From the NCBI GenBank assembly GCA_002189035.1, contig CM007989.1, positions 6,696,001 to 6,760,000 on the forward strand: a DNA stretch of 64,000 nucleotides, read 5' to 3'. Positions within the stretch are counted from its first letter, which is position 1; each line of letters begins with the position of its first letter. This document shows, one piece after another, positions 1 through 13,059 of the stretch. The notes under the pieces are model-generated. The model was given only the letters and a program-made list of their open reading frames with translations. It searched no databases and had not been told where the DNA came from. The stretch comes from Utricularia gibba. Taxonomy: Eukaryota; Plantae; Magnoliophyta. A program made the position numbers and the translations under genes.

Positions 1-1045
1 GTGCAATTACCCACTCACCCAGGTTCCTAGGAATGCCTCCTAAACCAGAACATGAAAACATAAAATCACCACACCTTCTCAAGAAAACCCAGAATCTTCA
101 ACATAACCTCAAACAACGAGACAAATCATGTTCTCGTATCACAAACAAAGAGCAGGAGGACAAGAGTGAAGTTGTTTAAGGATAATGGATAACGTTGTTA
201 ATGCCAATCGAATGAGAGCTGCTCATGAGCTTGGGCCACATTGTTGCACATTTGGGCCGTACTCTAAATCTAGGTACGTAGGCTCAATACGCACATGTTT
301 ACTTGACATGGTTATCGGCCGGTCCACCCGCCGGTCCGAACCGAAACTGAATGAAAGTTCCGGTTTGCTTCACTAAAATTTGAGTTCCAAACCAAGCGTA
401 TATCTAAATTTACTTTTAAATCGAATAATTTTAAAATAAATAATGTAATTTAGTATCAAATTAATCATTTATAATCTCTTTTTACAATTTAATATTTATA
501 CAAAAAATAAACATTTGGTTGGAAAATAATTTACTATTTAAACCTAACCAAATAAGGATAAATTCATTTCTTAGACATCGTTTGATAATAAAATATTAGT
601 ATATTTAAATATAATATGATTATACTCATGATGATGCCTAAAAATAAAAATCTGACTAAATAAATAATATAGATATAATTAACCTAACTTTCTATTTATA
701 TATATCATCCATATACTCATTTTAGTATATTAATATCATATAAAATTAATATATATATATATATACATACATATTAATCAAATATCAATATATATCTACA
801 TTTGAGTAGAAACCTTATATACTCAACTATCAAGCACCCTTTTAATCAATTGTAATTTTACTAAATTTGGAAGGTAGGTTTGATTTACCAGCATAAATCA
901 GTGTTACATCTTACTGAACAGCAGCTGCCGTTGATTTGGATTCATCCCCCCCTAGGCTACCATAACTAGACTTTACCAGCAAACAGGAAACGAACAAAAG
1001 AACACAATGAAGGATGCATGTAAAAGAACGTAGATGGGCACCAGA

Positions 1046-3615
1046 TCAGAGGATTGACCAGAACATCTTGCGACAAAACAAGACTTGCTGGCTTGCCTTG
1101 TGCTTATCTTCAAGCAGATGCAACGAGGTCTCCCACAGGAACTTGGGTGCAAGACCCTTGATTCTCCTTATCATTCCTTCATCTTCTCCTCGTATGATGG
1201 CATATCCCTGCATGCCCAACATGTTGGAACTCGAGGGGAGGCATGTTTTCTATTCATTCATGAGCTACTGCTGCCAGACACGTACCTGGGGTCGGAGCAT
1301 CCTGTCCATTTCGAGCATGATGTCTTCTACCAAGCAACCCTTATCTTGGTAGTGAGAAAACACACCGTTTGCATGTAGCAGATCGTAGGAACGTGGATAG
1401 GTAGAGAAGCCTTCGCACCTGTGGCATGGCAGAAACATGGTGAAAAGAAATATGGGATGCTTGGTTGCCATTAGTGCAGTTTATCTTACCAGTCATGGAA
1501 TGCGCCAATCATGCCACGGCCATATATAGCGGATAATGTATTGTTCATACTGGAGGGGACTACGTTCATAACCCACACTGGCCATGTGGAAAGCGCTGCA
1601 CCGAATCCGCCTAAGAAAGCTGACATGTCCATTACATTTCTGATTTCACTCTCTTGTACACCCATCAACCTCCAGTACTCACGAACTTGCTCCTGCCAAT
1701 AGAGACTGTCTAGCAAGAAATTTTCTCTAGTCACACCTGCAAATGAATCTTCCAGTCAGCACAGAGTGGCTAGGCAAGGAGAGGGTGTTTCAGAGAAATG
1801 GATAGTGTCATAAGAACTGGAGAATACCAACTCCTAGTCACCAAGTTTATGCAAGAAACACACCTAAATTTATTGCAACATTAGATAGTTCTATGACTCA
1901 AACATCGATCCTTCTTTTTTCAGAAAAAAAAAAAGAGCAACGCCCAGCATACCTAACGTACTGAGATAATCCGAATACTCAGATAGAAGCTGTGGTTTAG
2001 GAGTGAACTTCTTAGCTACATGTCGTAATATGCAGTTCCGCAATGGTGTTTTCCATGATGTTTTATCATCATCCTCTGCATCACATATTTTAATGCGCCC
2101 CTCAATGGCATTTTGTTCGATGCATGTGTTGTTTTCTGGTTTCATCCAGATCGCTGTCTGCACCTGGCGAGCAATGAGTTTCCAGCACATTGCAGAAGTT
2201 AGAGCCATCAGTCTCTCCCAAATCATGGGATACTCCTTATCCGTTTTATATGCTGGAGGAGCGGAGTATACAAAATATCCCTTTGATCTCAGTAGGCGAT
2301 CCACTTCTTTAATAAGAATTCCATCTGCATTGGAAAAAAGGAACTGGGATTGCATCATTACAAAACCATGTACTTTTAGAAAGATGATAAAGATTGGAGC
2401 AGAATCTTATTCCCAAAAAAAGCCTGCTTAGGGACTGGTGATGATTTGTAAATATTTTTCTGGAAATCATACTATCTAGCTACAAAGGAACTCTTATTTA
2501 TTTCAATGAAATGCCTGTTAATCATTGCACCAATGTAAAGGCAACGCAAAGAAAACTAACCATTTTCGTGAAAATCCACACGGCATCTTGAACAATGGAC
2601 CATGTCAAATGATTTGCTGGGATAGGGTAACTGCTTGGTGGCTAATGCAGAAATCATAGCTCTGATTCCCCGTTCTAAAGCAAACTGGATTTGATTTTCA
2701 TGATTATCTTTGGGAGCAAAAGACATTGTTTCAATTCCCAGGGGAAGAAGGAAAGCCGAAAAGCTAGCAACTCCACAGCCTACATCCAAAACTTGATTTA
2801 TCCCTACAGTTAGCAAGTCTCCAGTCTCATTTGTCGTCATGTTCCCTAACCTGCAATGAATGTAAAAAACATAAAGCTAAGACGCCTTCACTCCTAAAAA
2901 AATAACCTTCTGTAGAAATTAAACTACCTTTGTATGTACTCAGGAGCTCCATGCTTGAAATGTGTACCTCCTCCAGGGAACCACCACAAATGACCCATCT
3001 CATGCACCCAATTTTGCCCTCCCTTTACCTCAGCAAGATGCGTATGATTCACATTGCTTCTCCAAACATAGTCCCTACTTGTAGGCCAAGAGATTGGTAT
3101 CTTATAGTCAGCCGGGGAAGGCACCAAACAGAACAACGTTCTTTCAATTGGAGGGCACTTCCTCTCTAGCTGCTCTCTCCTAGAAACATCTAGTTGTGGT
3201 AGTATTTCGTTGATAAAAGAAGGATCATGGCAAGGAATATACTCATTGTACATCAAAGGGCACACATTTACCCCAGTCTCTGGAATCGAAAGAGGTATTG
3301 TCCTGTATGTAGCCATGACTCTATTTGAAAACATACCTGCGTTGTAAGGGATTTCCTTCATTTACACAGCCAACTAACTTCGATACATGATATTACTCAA
3401 AAACAAAAAAAAAAAAAAAAAAACTTACCAGAAACAGAGGTTGCGGAACCGGTGGGCTGCTCCGCAGATTGTACGTTCTGCCGCGGGAGAGGCGCAGAAG
3501 GGTTGTTGCCGAAGAGAGTGCCGGTGTAAAAAGACGCCATCATGACTAAAAGGACGAGCATTATGAGCTGCCCCGTCTTCCAATCGAAAGCTCTCGCGGT
3601 TATGAATCCCCCCAT
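1046..3615 (-). CDS. Probable SAM-dependent methyltransferase, PMT6/PMT7-like (Methyltransf_29/DUF248), type II membrane protein
   Basis: Seven GT-AG exons: 3615-3430, 3336-2928, 2850-2561, 2324-1956, 1736-1490, 1408-1286, 1207-1046. N-terminal TM helix, then motifs [70 protein letters not shown]. Ends WSIL*. Confidence 0.93.
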
Positions 3616-4368
3616 CTCCTCTTCTCCCAACTCTTACTAGAATACAGATGAAACCCAGAAAACTCAGAGATCCGGCGATCTTCAAGTGCCAGTTGCTGGG
3701 CCAAACAAAGAATCTAAACCTCAAATTCCAAACGCTGCCTTCTCCAATTCCATTTGCGATTACAAACACACAATATGGACGTAATACACGAACATGGCAC
3801 ACTCTAAGATCTTAGGATCTATGGGAAAATGCGATCCATATGGAGGCCTCGATCGAAGTTCCCCCGCTCCTTCGTGGATTCGATTGAGTGTGATCAGGAG
3901 TATGCACAATGCCTGAAACCGTTGCTAATTTGCGTCGGTGTCCAACGATGGTGACACCAAAATTCTAATAATCGGGCCCGGGTCCGGATCCGCTCCGACC
4001 CATATAGTCGCCTTGCACCATGATCCTCTCACCTTGGACGCCTCTGGAACGTAGATTCCAGCCACAAGAACAAAAACAAGCATCGAAATGGTCTTCCATT
4101 GCTACTCTCACGAAGGTTCATTATGTGTTCTGTACAAGGAATCTCAAACACCGTACCTCTGCTCGTTCTTCTACTGTGAAAGCAGGCAATAAGGACGCAG
4201 GGTCCATCTTCCCAGGAGGCTGGCTGGTTGTCCAGTGCCTGCATAAACCCTGGTATGCATCTGATATGAACTGGAGGAAGGCATCCTATGTGTTGCTGCT
4301 GATGAGTACCTGTCCTTAACTCGGGAAAATCCGACTGCCCTTGAAGCGATCTATTATGGTTCTCAAAA

Positions 4369-4533
4369 AAGCAACTCAAGTGGAGCTTGTTGGTTTAGTG
4401 GAATCTTGCGATACGAAACGATTGGGTGGATACAAACAAGCAACTCAAGTGGAGCTTCGGGCACAAAGAGAATGTCATGCTCGGAAAGGGGGCTTTGCTC
4501 TCCACTAGCATTCAGAAAAGTTTGTTGGTTTAG
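4369..4533. repeat. Short interleaved direct repeats
   Basis: Exact 20-mer aagcaactcaagtggagctt at 4369-4388 and 4438-4457. 12-mer ttgttggtttag at 4387-4398 and 4522-4533. Confidence 0.8.
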
Positions 4534-6480
4534 CAAGCATTACAGGGACCTCCCTGATGAAGCCTAAATGCTTTCGAGAGTGAGAGATGAAGACAGAAAC
4601 TTAACAAAACTATTGATGATAAGAAACTAAAATCCTGTTACTCATAAGCCTTCCATTTCTAGCACAATACTGCAGCACAGTTCTTCAAGCATTGAACTGG
4701 AACTCACAGTCACAGTGCACGAGCCATTCCAGAAATAAAGAAAAAGAAAAAGAAAAAGAAGAAACTTTCCCCAAGGACGCGTAGAATGACACAGTCTTTG
4801 TATACAATAATAGTTATAGGATAGCAAGTCTAAACTTCTTGTAAGAACATCGGTTGTAAAGTATCTCATATACTACATATAAATTTGAATGTTATTTGCA
4901 TACTATAATATGTATTCGTGTTCGATGATACGACATTTTAAATCTTATATCTATCTTAATTAATCTTCGAATGATTTTTACTTTAATTGTGATATCTTTT
5001 TTCCAAGAAATTTTAATAATTTTATGTGATTGTTAATTTAATACAATACAACACTATGTAAATAGCTACTTTAATAAATAAATAAATAAATAACATCGTA
5101 TATTTTTTAGTTGGGCATTTGCGACGTTTCTCATAACATCGTAAACAAAAAAAAATTTCTTTGTTAATTTTGTATACATATAACTCATGGTTAATTTTTA
5201 TTGAATACTCAATGATGACATTAAAAAATATCAATTTGCAATCAAACTGTTTGCTTTTAAGGAATGGTTAAGGTTAGATGTAAGATATTTGGTATATCTT
5301 ATGAGCAATTATTTAATACATCATCATTTGTAATATAAAAAATAATAAAAATTTAAAAGAGCGGGTGTTCAACCAATTTTTTCAAATAAGAATATTTGAC
5401 AAATAACTCTTTGACTGAGGGGCATTTGGGTAACTGAACCCCCTCACCTTGATCACTGAGAAGGAAAAAACGAGAAAAAATAGCAAGTCACCGACCATGA
5501 GTATTTATACTCACGCATAGACGAAGTCAGACGGCTATAAATAACAAATGGTTGTAGGGTCGGTGGGATGATCAACACCAGCGCGTCGACTTCTCTGGAT
5601 TTCGATTCCATGGAGGAATTCGTGTGCTTGTTTGCTAACTGGGCTTGAAATTGATCGGGGTAGCGGTTGCTGGACGCACCCACTTTCATCAAACCACTTT
5701 TTTGTCCTTCTCTCAACTGCTCCAGTATAAGTTTCGCTTCTCGACTCTCGTGTTTCCCTCCTCTGCTATCCGTATAAATTTCCTGTTTCCGAGCTCCTTG
5801 GATCTTCGCAATCCGATTATTATGTTTGTTTACTAATTAACCATCTAATCTCGGGTATGGATTTTACATGCTTTTTTTTGTGGGTCGTCATCGGGTTATC
5901 TCCGCATGTGAAATTTGCTCGCGTCCCTTTTCCCCCTTGTTCTGTATTTTGGATGCCTACGGCAGTTAGGGTTCTCAGGGGGTTTTCTTTTCCGTGTTTG
6001 ATCATGCTGAGGTTTAATTTCCTTTTGGGTTTCTTGTATACAAATGGTTTCTTTTTTTTCAATCAAAGATCATCCTGGTAACCTGCGATCAAATGGGAAG
6101 CGCTTTGTGTTGTGTTTATTCCTGGCCTTGATCATATGATCGGAATTTTGATCTGGGTTATTCTCCTTATTTTACGTTGTGTTGACTGATGTTTAGGATG
6201 CCAAGCTCTATAATTTCTTCGTTTTAAAGTTGTATTAATGTTGAATTTACTTAAGATTCTGCCTCCAGTGAGTAGTCTGAATTCAATAAGATGTAAAGGA
6301 GATGACTTTTTATGGCTATTGTGGTCTGTGCCATCTTTTTGTTGTCTGGTTGTTTCTTCTTGCTTATTCATGCAATTCTGTTTTCATTCTATCCTTGAAG
6401 AGAATAACGGTGTTGTCTTTGAATAAGATGATTCATTTTCTTTAATCTTCTGACTCATATTACCTTTGGACTCCAGGATT

Positions 6481-9007
6481 ATGGCAACTGCCTCAATGGC
6501 TACTGCAGCAGGTGCTGCTGCATTTTTATATTATACATTAAACAAGAAGACGCCCTCGAGCCAAGGCAGCACTGACAACAATGAAAATGACAGTGAGGGA
6601 GCCGGTGAAGGTTTATTGGGGATCGATAGAGTTTCTAATAGACTTATTCAAGCACCGGCTACATGGTTAGAAACAATTGCAACCCTGACAGAGACTCTTA
6701 GGTTTACTTACTCAGAGACACTGGGGAAATGGCCCATAGGTGACCTGGCATTTGGTATCAATTTTCTATTGAAAAGGCAGGTAAGTGACTGTTGATGGAA
6801 GTTGTTTTTACAGGGATTTTTCTAACGTGGGCTGGCATCTGAAATAATTGACTAAGTGTACAGGGAAACTTGCATGATGGCCGGGAGTTCTGTGGGGAGG
6901 ATAGTGTACAACTTAAAGGCCCTGAAATTGCCGCGGAGCTTAGATGTCTTGTAAATTTTCTGAAATTGTGTTGGCATTTTTCCAAGAAACCTTTTCCTGT
7001 ATTTTTGATTGAAACTGGTTTTTCTCAAGACGATGTTCTCATTCAAGAACCTAAAGCAGGAGTAAGCTTTTTCTGTTTCACTTCTTCGTTTTTGCTCTAG
7101 TTCTTTGGCCATGGAATCAATGAGGATCAAAAACTCTTGCAGATTCTAAAACCGGCTTTTACTGTTTTGGTTGACCACAAAAATGAAAGCTTGGTGCTTG
7201 TGATCCGTGGAACTCATAGTATAAAGGACACTTTGACTGCTGTTACTGGGGCTGTAGTTCCCTTTCATCATACTGTGGTTTGCGAACAAGGTGTCAGCAA
7301 CTTGGTTTTAGGCTATGCTCATTGTGGAATGGTTGCAGCTGCCAGATGGATTTCAAAGCTCGCAACCCCTTGTCTTATTGCAGCACTCGCCTCATACCCT
7401 GATTACAAAATAAAAGCTTCAACATACCTTCCATCAAATGTTTCTTCTGACTGGTCACCATCAGTTAGCCTATTCTTGAAACTTATCATACTGAAGAGCT
7501 ACTTTTATTCTATCAGTTTTTGGGTTCTTTGTCCATGCTGTTTGAAGGGAAGTTATGCATTTTGTGGCCAAAAAAAAAAAAGCTTTGTTGATTATGCATT
7601 AATATAATCCGCTGCTTTACAGATAATTGGCCACTCTCTTGGTGGAGGGACTGCTGCTCTTTTAACATATATTCTGCGTGAACGAAAAGAATTATCAACT
7701 GCAACTTGTGTTTCCTTTGCTCCAGGTTCATTTTTCCTCATTAAATATTTTTAACTGGAAGCATATAGTCATCTAAATCATATTTTCATTTTAATGTATT
7801 GAGTAGCTGCCTGCATGACATGGGAACTTGCCGAATCGGGGAGTGGGTTTGTTACATCTGTGATCAATGGAGCTGATATGGTGCCTTCATTTTCGGCTGC
7901 ATCCGTGGATGACTTGCGTGCTGAGGTACTCGTATAATGATGCTCTGGAGTGGTTTCACAGACATTGGAGTTCTTTAGTTGGTTAGAAAAAAAATACATT
8001 CTTTTTGTAGGTAACAGCTTCAGCATGGGTGAGTGACCTGAGGAATCAAATTGAGCAGACCAGAATCCTTCGTACAGTTTACCGCTCTGCTTCTGCATTA
8101 GGTTCTCGTCTCCCTTCCATGGCCAGTGCTAAAGCCAAGGTTGCTGGTGCTGGTGCTATACTGCGCCCCGTTTCCTCCCGTACTCAAGTACATTTATCTA
8201 CCCATTGTCTCCCACAGCAACATCACATTGCCTCTGTAGGCTTTCCCGAACACGTGACATTTGAACTCAGTTGAAAATCTTTCTAAATAGGTGGTTGTGA
8301 GGAAGGCTCAGAGTATGGCGCAGGCTGCTTGGTCGGGGCCTACCATGCGTTCATGGTCTTGCATAGGTCCTCGTCACAGAGCGTCAACATCCCAGACGAG
8401 TTTAAATATGAACGAAGATGAATCTTCTCTGGGTCACAGGGACTCTTTCTCGACATCAGGTAAAGGAACTTCCACCGTTGTTGAGACCATGGAGATCCCA
8501 GTCTCAGAGGAAGCAAGAGGAAGGTCCTCCAGGGAGTGCATTTTCACAGACACAGATGATGTTATGGACCTTGAGAGGAGTGATAATCCGATGACCGAAG
8601 TTGAAATGTGGCAGCAGATCGAGCACGAACTGTACGAGCACTTGGAATCCGAGAGTGCTGATGTGGTCGAAGAAATGAAGGCGGAAGAAGAAGAAATGAT
8701 TGCAGAGGAAAGCTCTCTCCCCCGAAACCTATCAGCCAACACCAAGGAAGTACACCGGTTCTTCCCGGCAGGCCGGATCATGCACATTGTGACACTGGTT
8801 GCAGATGAAGCAGAAGATGGAACAACCAACAGCGAGAGTTCAAGTGGGTTCCTCGAGCCCCCTGTCGGGATCTTCTTGACACCGCGATCGCTGTACAGTA
8901 AGATACGGCTATCGCAGAGGATGATCGCCGATCACTTGATGCCGGTCTACACGAGACAGATCGAGAAGGTGATCAAGGAAGCTGCACCCTCATCCCATAC
9001 TGCGTAG
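6481..9007 (+). CDS. Lipase class 3 family protein with mono-/diacylglycerol lipase N-terminal domain
   Basis: Exons 6481-6780, 6864-7061, 7143-~7415, 7623-7725, 7807-7925, 8011-8187, 8291-9007. Motifs LVIRGTHSIKDTLT, GYAHCGM, nucleophile elbow GHSLGGG, and C-terminal FFPAGRIMH...MIADHLM. The donor of intron 3 is ambiguous (see findings). Confidence 0.92.
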
Positions 9008-9424
9008 CAGTTGTAGAATAAGCTGATTCCTAGAATCACTCTCACATTAGTTCTCTGTATGTATGGGATCAGACAACAAGCTCAGCAATGGATGGGAGTC
9101 CATTGTTGTTGGTTTACTGACAGGGCTGTCGGAATATAGATTATAGAGCAATGGATGATCCTCGTACGCAGAACCCAACTGGTTTTACCTGATCCCCGTA
9201 TGCATTTCAAAAGAAAATATTTTGATTGACTGCATCAAAATAAAAGCAATTCGGGCCGTTTTCATATGGAAACGAGAGTACCTGACAATTTTGTCTGGTT
9301 TCTTTCCTTGTCGTCCTTCCATTTTCTGAGTTTCCGTGTTTTCCATATCCAATGTTGGACCCAGTCATTTCAACCACGTTCACGATGAGATGACAATCCG
9401 TTTCAGGTTTTGTTGTGGGAGACG

Positions 9425-10855
9425 ATGATGACGACCATGGAAGGTGCTATGGATCGAGGAGTTCTCGATGATATCATCCAGCGGTTGTTAGAAGGGAAAG
9501 GGGGAAACAGGTCCAGCTTTCTGAGGCCGAAATCCGTCAGCTTTGTGTTAACGCTCGCTCGATCTTCCTTTCCGAGCCCAACCTTCTCCAGCTTCGAGCA
9601 CCCATCAGGATCTGCGGTCTGTTTCCTCTTCAATTCAATCGTCTCTACTTTTTGAATTGTGGGTTCGTTCTTTGTTCATGCGATTCATGCTGTATCATAT
9701 GCGTATCTAATAAAGATGGTTTCTTGTTGGGTATTTCTATGGTTCAATCCAAGTACCAGATTCAGTGTTACAATTGAAATGCATTCACACGTTCCAAAAT
9801 AAGATGCAGCTTTGGTGTATGATGATCCTTTTGTTTTTGATCCGATCGAAATCCTTGCGTTCTTGCGGCTCAAGCTTCATTGCTAGTTTGGGTGTTTGGT
9901 GATGCTTTGGTTGCTTCCATGCAGGGGATATTCATGGACAGTACCAAGATCTGCTGAGGCTATTTGAGTACGGAGGGTATCCCCTGCTGCAAACTACCTC
10001 TTCCTGGGAGACTATGTGGACAGAGGCAAGCAAAGCTTGGAAACTATATGCTTACTCTTGGCCTACAAGATCAGGTATCCAGATAAAGTCTTTCTCTTGA
10101 GAGGAAACCATGAAGATGCAAAGATCAACCGGATATACGGATTTTATGATGAATGCAAGAGGAGATTCAATGTTCGGCTGTGGAAGATATTCACAGACTG
10201 CTTCAACTGTTTGCCTGTCTCTGCACTCATAGATGAAAAAATACTCTGTATGCACGGTGGACTTTCCCCTGAGCTGAAGCAGGTAGATCAGATAAGGGAG
10301 ATACCGAGACCCACAGACATCCCAGACAATGGCCTCCTTTGTGACCTGCTTTGGTCTGATCCTGACACCCGGATTCGAGGCTGGGCCGACAGCGATAGAG
10401 GCGTTTCTTATGTTTTTGGACCTGATGTTGTTGCAGATTTTTTGGAGAAAAATGATCTGGATCTCATTTGCCGTGGACATCAGGTCTCCTCCCATCTTCA
10501 AAGCTCAAAGTTCCATAAATGCTCTCTGTGAATGAGCACTTTTAACTTTCTCTGTTCTCTGCTGCAACAGGTGGTGGAGGATGGATATGAGTTCTTTGCA
10601 AAACGAAGACTGGTCACACTGTTCTCAGCTCCAAACTATGGCGGGGAATTCGACAATGTGGGTGCTCTTTTGAGCGTGGACGAATCACTTGTATGTTCCT
10701 TCAACATTATAAAATCCATCTCAACCAACTCCAAGGTGCCTCTGAAGAAGGTACGGTACACCACCTTCTCCCTCCCTTGAGGTTTCAGTATCTTCCTCGC
10801 TTCTCATCTGTCCTGATTTGGGAATCCACAGCCCCCCAAAATTGGAGCTCTTTGA
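9425..10855 (+). CDS. Serine/threonine protein phosphatase PP1, TOPP8/TOPP9-like; two apparent 1-bp frameshifts
   Basis: Exons 9425-9616, 9925-10483, 10571-10750, 10832-10855. PPP motifs [39 protein letters not shown]. The frame breaks at 9500-9504 (G5) and 9981-9984 (C4); adding one base at each restores GKGGKQVQ and [12 protein letters not shown]. Confidence 0.92.
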
Positions 10856-11583
10856 TACCTCAACACAGATTGCGCCAAAGGGTTTTTATGCTCATAGCTG
10901 CTGCTGCTGCTCTGTAGCTCACTGCTTCCCAATGCCTTTGGATCCACGAGATGGCAAGCTGATGTTTTCCACAGAATGTACAAATGCTTCTTGTTGTTTC
11001 GAGTCTATTATATGCACTGAAACTTTCTTTAGTTCATCCTGATTACTTGTACAAGAAAGTTGTTGAACACGAAGCACTTTGGAAGGATCACCAGCATGAA
11101 GAACATTTAAGCAGGAAATGTTGGAGAAGATGTGTTACTATGGAGAGGCTCAAACAGAAAGTGATTGGGATAATATCTTCTTAGAAATATGGCCCGGACA
11201 CAAAGGACTATTGATGTAATAAAGCATCCTAGAAGGGTATGGAGTACCCCGAAAGGATATTTGTGGAAGCAAAAGTTGAGACAAAAAGTGTTTGGAAACA
11301 TACTTATCATGTGGAAGATATCTCTTTAATAGAATAAAAAGTATTCAAATAAAAGTTTTAGAATCTATTTGATACAAGTCCAACTTCAATAAAAAATATT
11401 TTTAAAAGTGATTTTCGAACAAAACATGTATTGATTTTGTTTTACATAGATTTGAAACAGTGAAATACTTTTAATTTTTTGAGAAGATGAGATACTCATA
11501 TTATGCATGTAAGAGATCCAAGGAGAGCTGATGATATAATAAGTGGAAAATAATAGCTTATCAAGCAACAAAAGGAAAGCCCC

Positions 11584-11756
11584 ATGAACACATTCAAGAT
11601 ATCTAAATTGAGCGAAGATATTTTCTTGGACTAGAGATCACTCAAGAAGATGATTATATTATGTATGTACAAATTAAATTCTCTAAGAATCAAATCAAGA
11701 AATACAAATTGAGCAAAGGAAAACATATTTTAGTACCTATCTCATCAAATGAAAAA
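11584..11756 (+). mobile_element. Degenerate Ty1/copia reverse transcriptase remnant
   Basis: From 11619 it translates to YFLGLEITQEDDYIMYVQIKFSKNQIKKYKLSKGKHILVPISSNEK, resembling the copia RT stretch YFLGIEV.Q...I.ISQ.KY...L.KF.M...K...TP. No LTRs seen. Confidence 0.55.
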
Positions 11757-12211
11757 TCAGTATCAACCAATTCAATGCATGGAAAAAATGTTATAGCATA
11801 CCTAGGAAACCTGGTTAATGAAAAAACATATTAAAACATAATTGATTTATTTATATATCTCTCTATCATAACTGTTTATATTATATTTGTTGTAAGCTAT
11901 CTCTCTAGATTCATGACAAAGTTGCATCAAAACCATCTTGATTCTACAATTAAAATCCTCAAGTGTATAAAGAGTAATATCAATTTTGTACTTCACCATA
12001 AAAAATATGCTAACCATCCTATAAAGAAAAGAATAATAATAGTTCATAATGATTTGTGAATTTGGCATTAATTTTAATATATATGTCTCTGAATGACATA
12101 TAAATTAAATAATTTGAAAATAAATAAAAAACGAAAATTTAAAAAATGCAATAAAATGGGAATGAAGATCAAATATTGAAATTTCACAATGAATCAATCG
12201 TTATGAGCCTA

Positions 12212-12284
12212 GCCCAGTAAGGAAATTCGTTGGGCCCACATAAAACTGCTGATCTAATGCTGAATCGCAACTGGCTCGGCCCAT
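12212..12284 (+). promoter_or_regulatory. Cluster of site II (TCP-type) elements upstream of an unannotated unit
   Basis: AGCCCA 12212-12217, TGGGCC 12231-12236 and GGCCCA 12279-12284, at the transition from AT-rich spacer to GC-richer leader-like sequence. Confidence 0.45.
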
Positions 12285-12329
12285 TAAGGAAGACAACCCT
12301 AAGCTTTAAAATGAACCCCTCCATCCAGC

Positions 12330-13059
12330 TCGTCTGTGCCTCGGCGTCGTCGCCCAAAGTTGTTCTCTCCGATTCGGTGTTTTGTTTTTGTATGAAACTC
12401 GCGGTAGGAGCGTAGCAATGAAGACAGAATTCTAATCCCAGCTCGATGAGACCTTCTTTGTGTAAGGTCTGGGAAATAATCCTATTCGAAACATTTGTCT
12501 GAGCTTCGTTTCTGATTTTCCAATGGTTTTCGTTTCAGTTTTTCCGTTAAATTTTGTGGCTAATTCCGGCGATTTCCCGATCATTGCCGCTGTGTGTTCT
12601 ACTTGCTTTTTTTTTTTTTTTAAATGTTTCTTCTCAACGCGGATCTATAGGCGAGTTTCGCCCTGTCTGATTCTTGATTTGAAAGAAGCCAATTCGCAGA
12701 GCAAGTGCGCCAATTGATGGCGAGTACTTGCATTGAAGGTTGGCGAAATAAAAAGAGATTCTCCGTGCCTTTCAAATTCGTCATTGAGTTTTGATTATGG
12801 CCTCGAACAAATCTCCACAAGTTTTTCAAAACATTTGTGCTAAGATTATGGAGCGGGTAATATCACCTTGAAATCGGCACGCACACACACTGTTCCGAAA
12901 GTGCAAGTCAAGCGGACATTATCAGAAAATCCGTGTGTGCCGCTTTCGGTGAAATCACTTGCCGCCGCAGGTTTTCCGACGTGCAGCCGCTGGTCTGGTC
13001 TTCTTTCCTTGGCGTCAAATCCGATGAAGTTGTTTCCTAGAACAAGTTGCAGGCGTTGA
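12330..13059 (+). other. Candidate spliced lncRNA or small-ORF gene (possible 78-aa ORF)
   Basis: GT-AG introns 12467-12650 and 12739-12844 with U-rich interiors. ATG 12717 spliced to 12845 reads MASTCIEDYGAGNITLKSARTHTVPK...RTSCRR* (stop 13059). No family recognised. Confidence 0.3.

Noticed and set aside
300-840. AACCG/CCGG-rich stretch and an AT-rich tract with possible MITE termini (575-838); similar sequence at 63740-63840
   Set aside because: The termini match over only about 7 of 9 bases and no target-site duplication is clear.
4554-4700. TGATGA C-box-like motifs suggesting snoRNAs
   Set aside because: No properly spaced CTGA D box or terminal stem was found.
9385-9428. Short uORFs overlapping the PP1 start
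   Set aside because: An acceptor-like TTTCAG at ~9406 suggests these ATGs may be intronic, and the leader structure is unknown.
11890-11999. MVKYKIDI...DFNCRIKMVLMQ, faintly like a copia gag N-terminus
   Set aside because: Similarity is marginal and it lies on the opposite strand to the RT remnant. It cannot be supported without a search.
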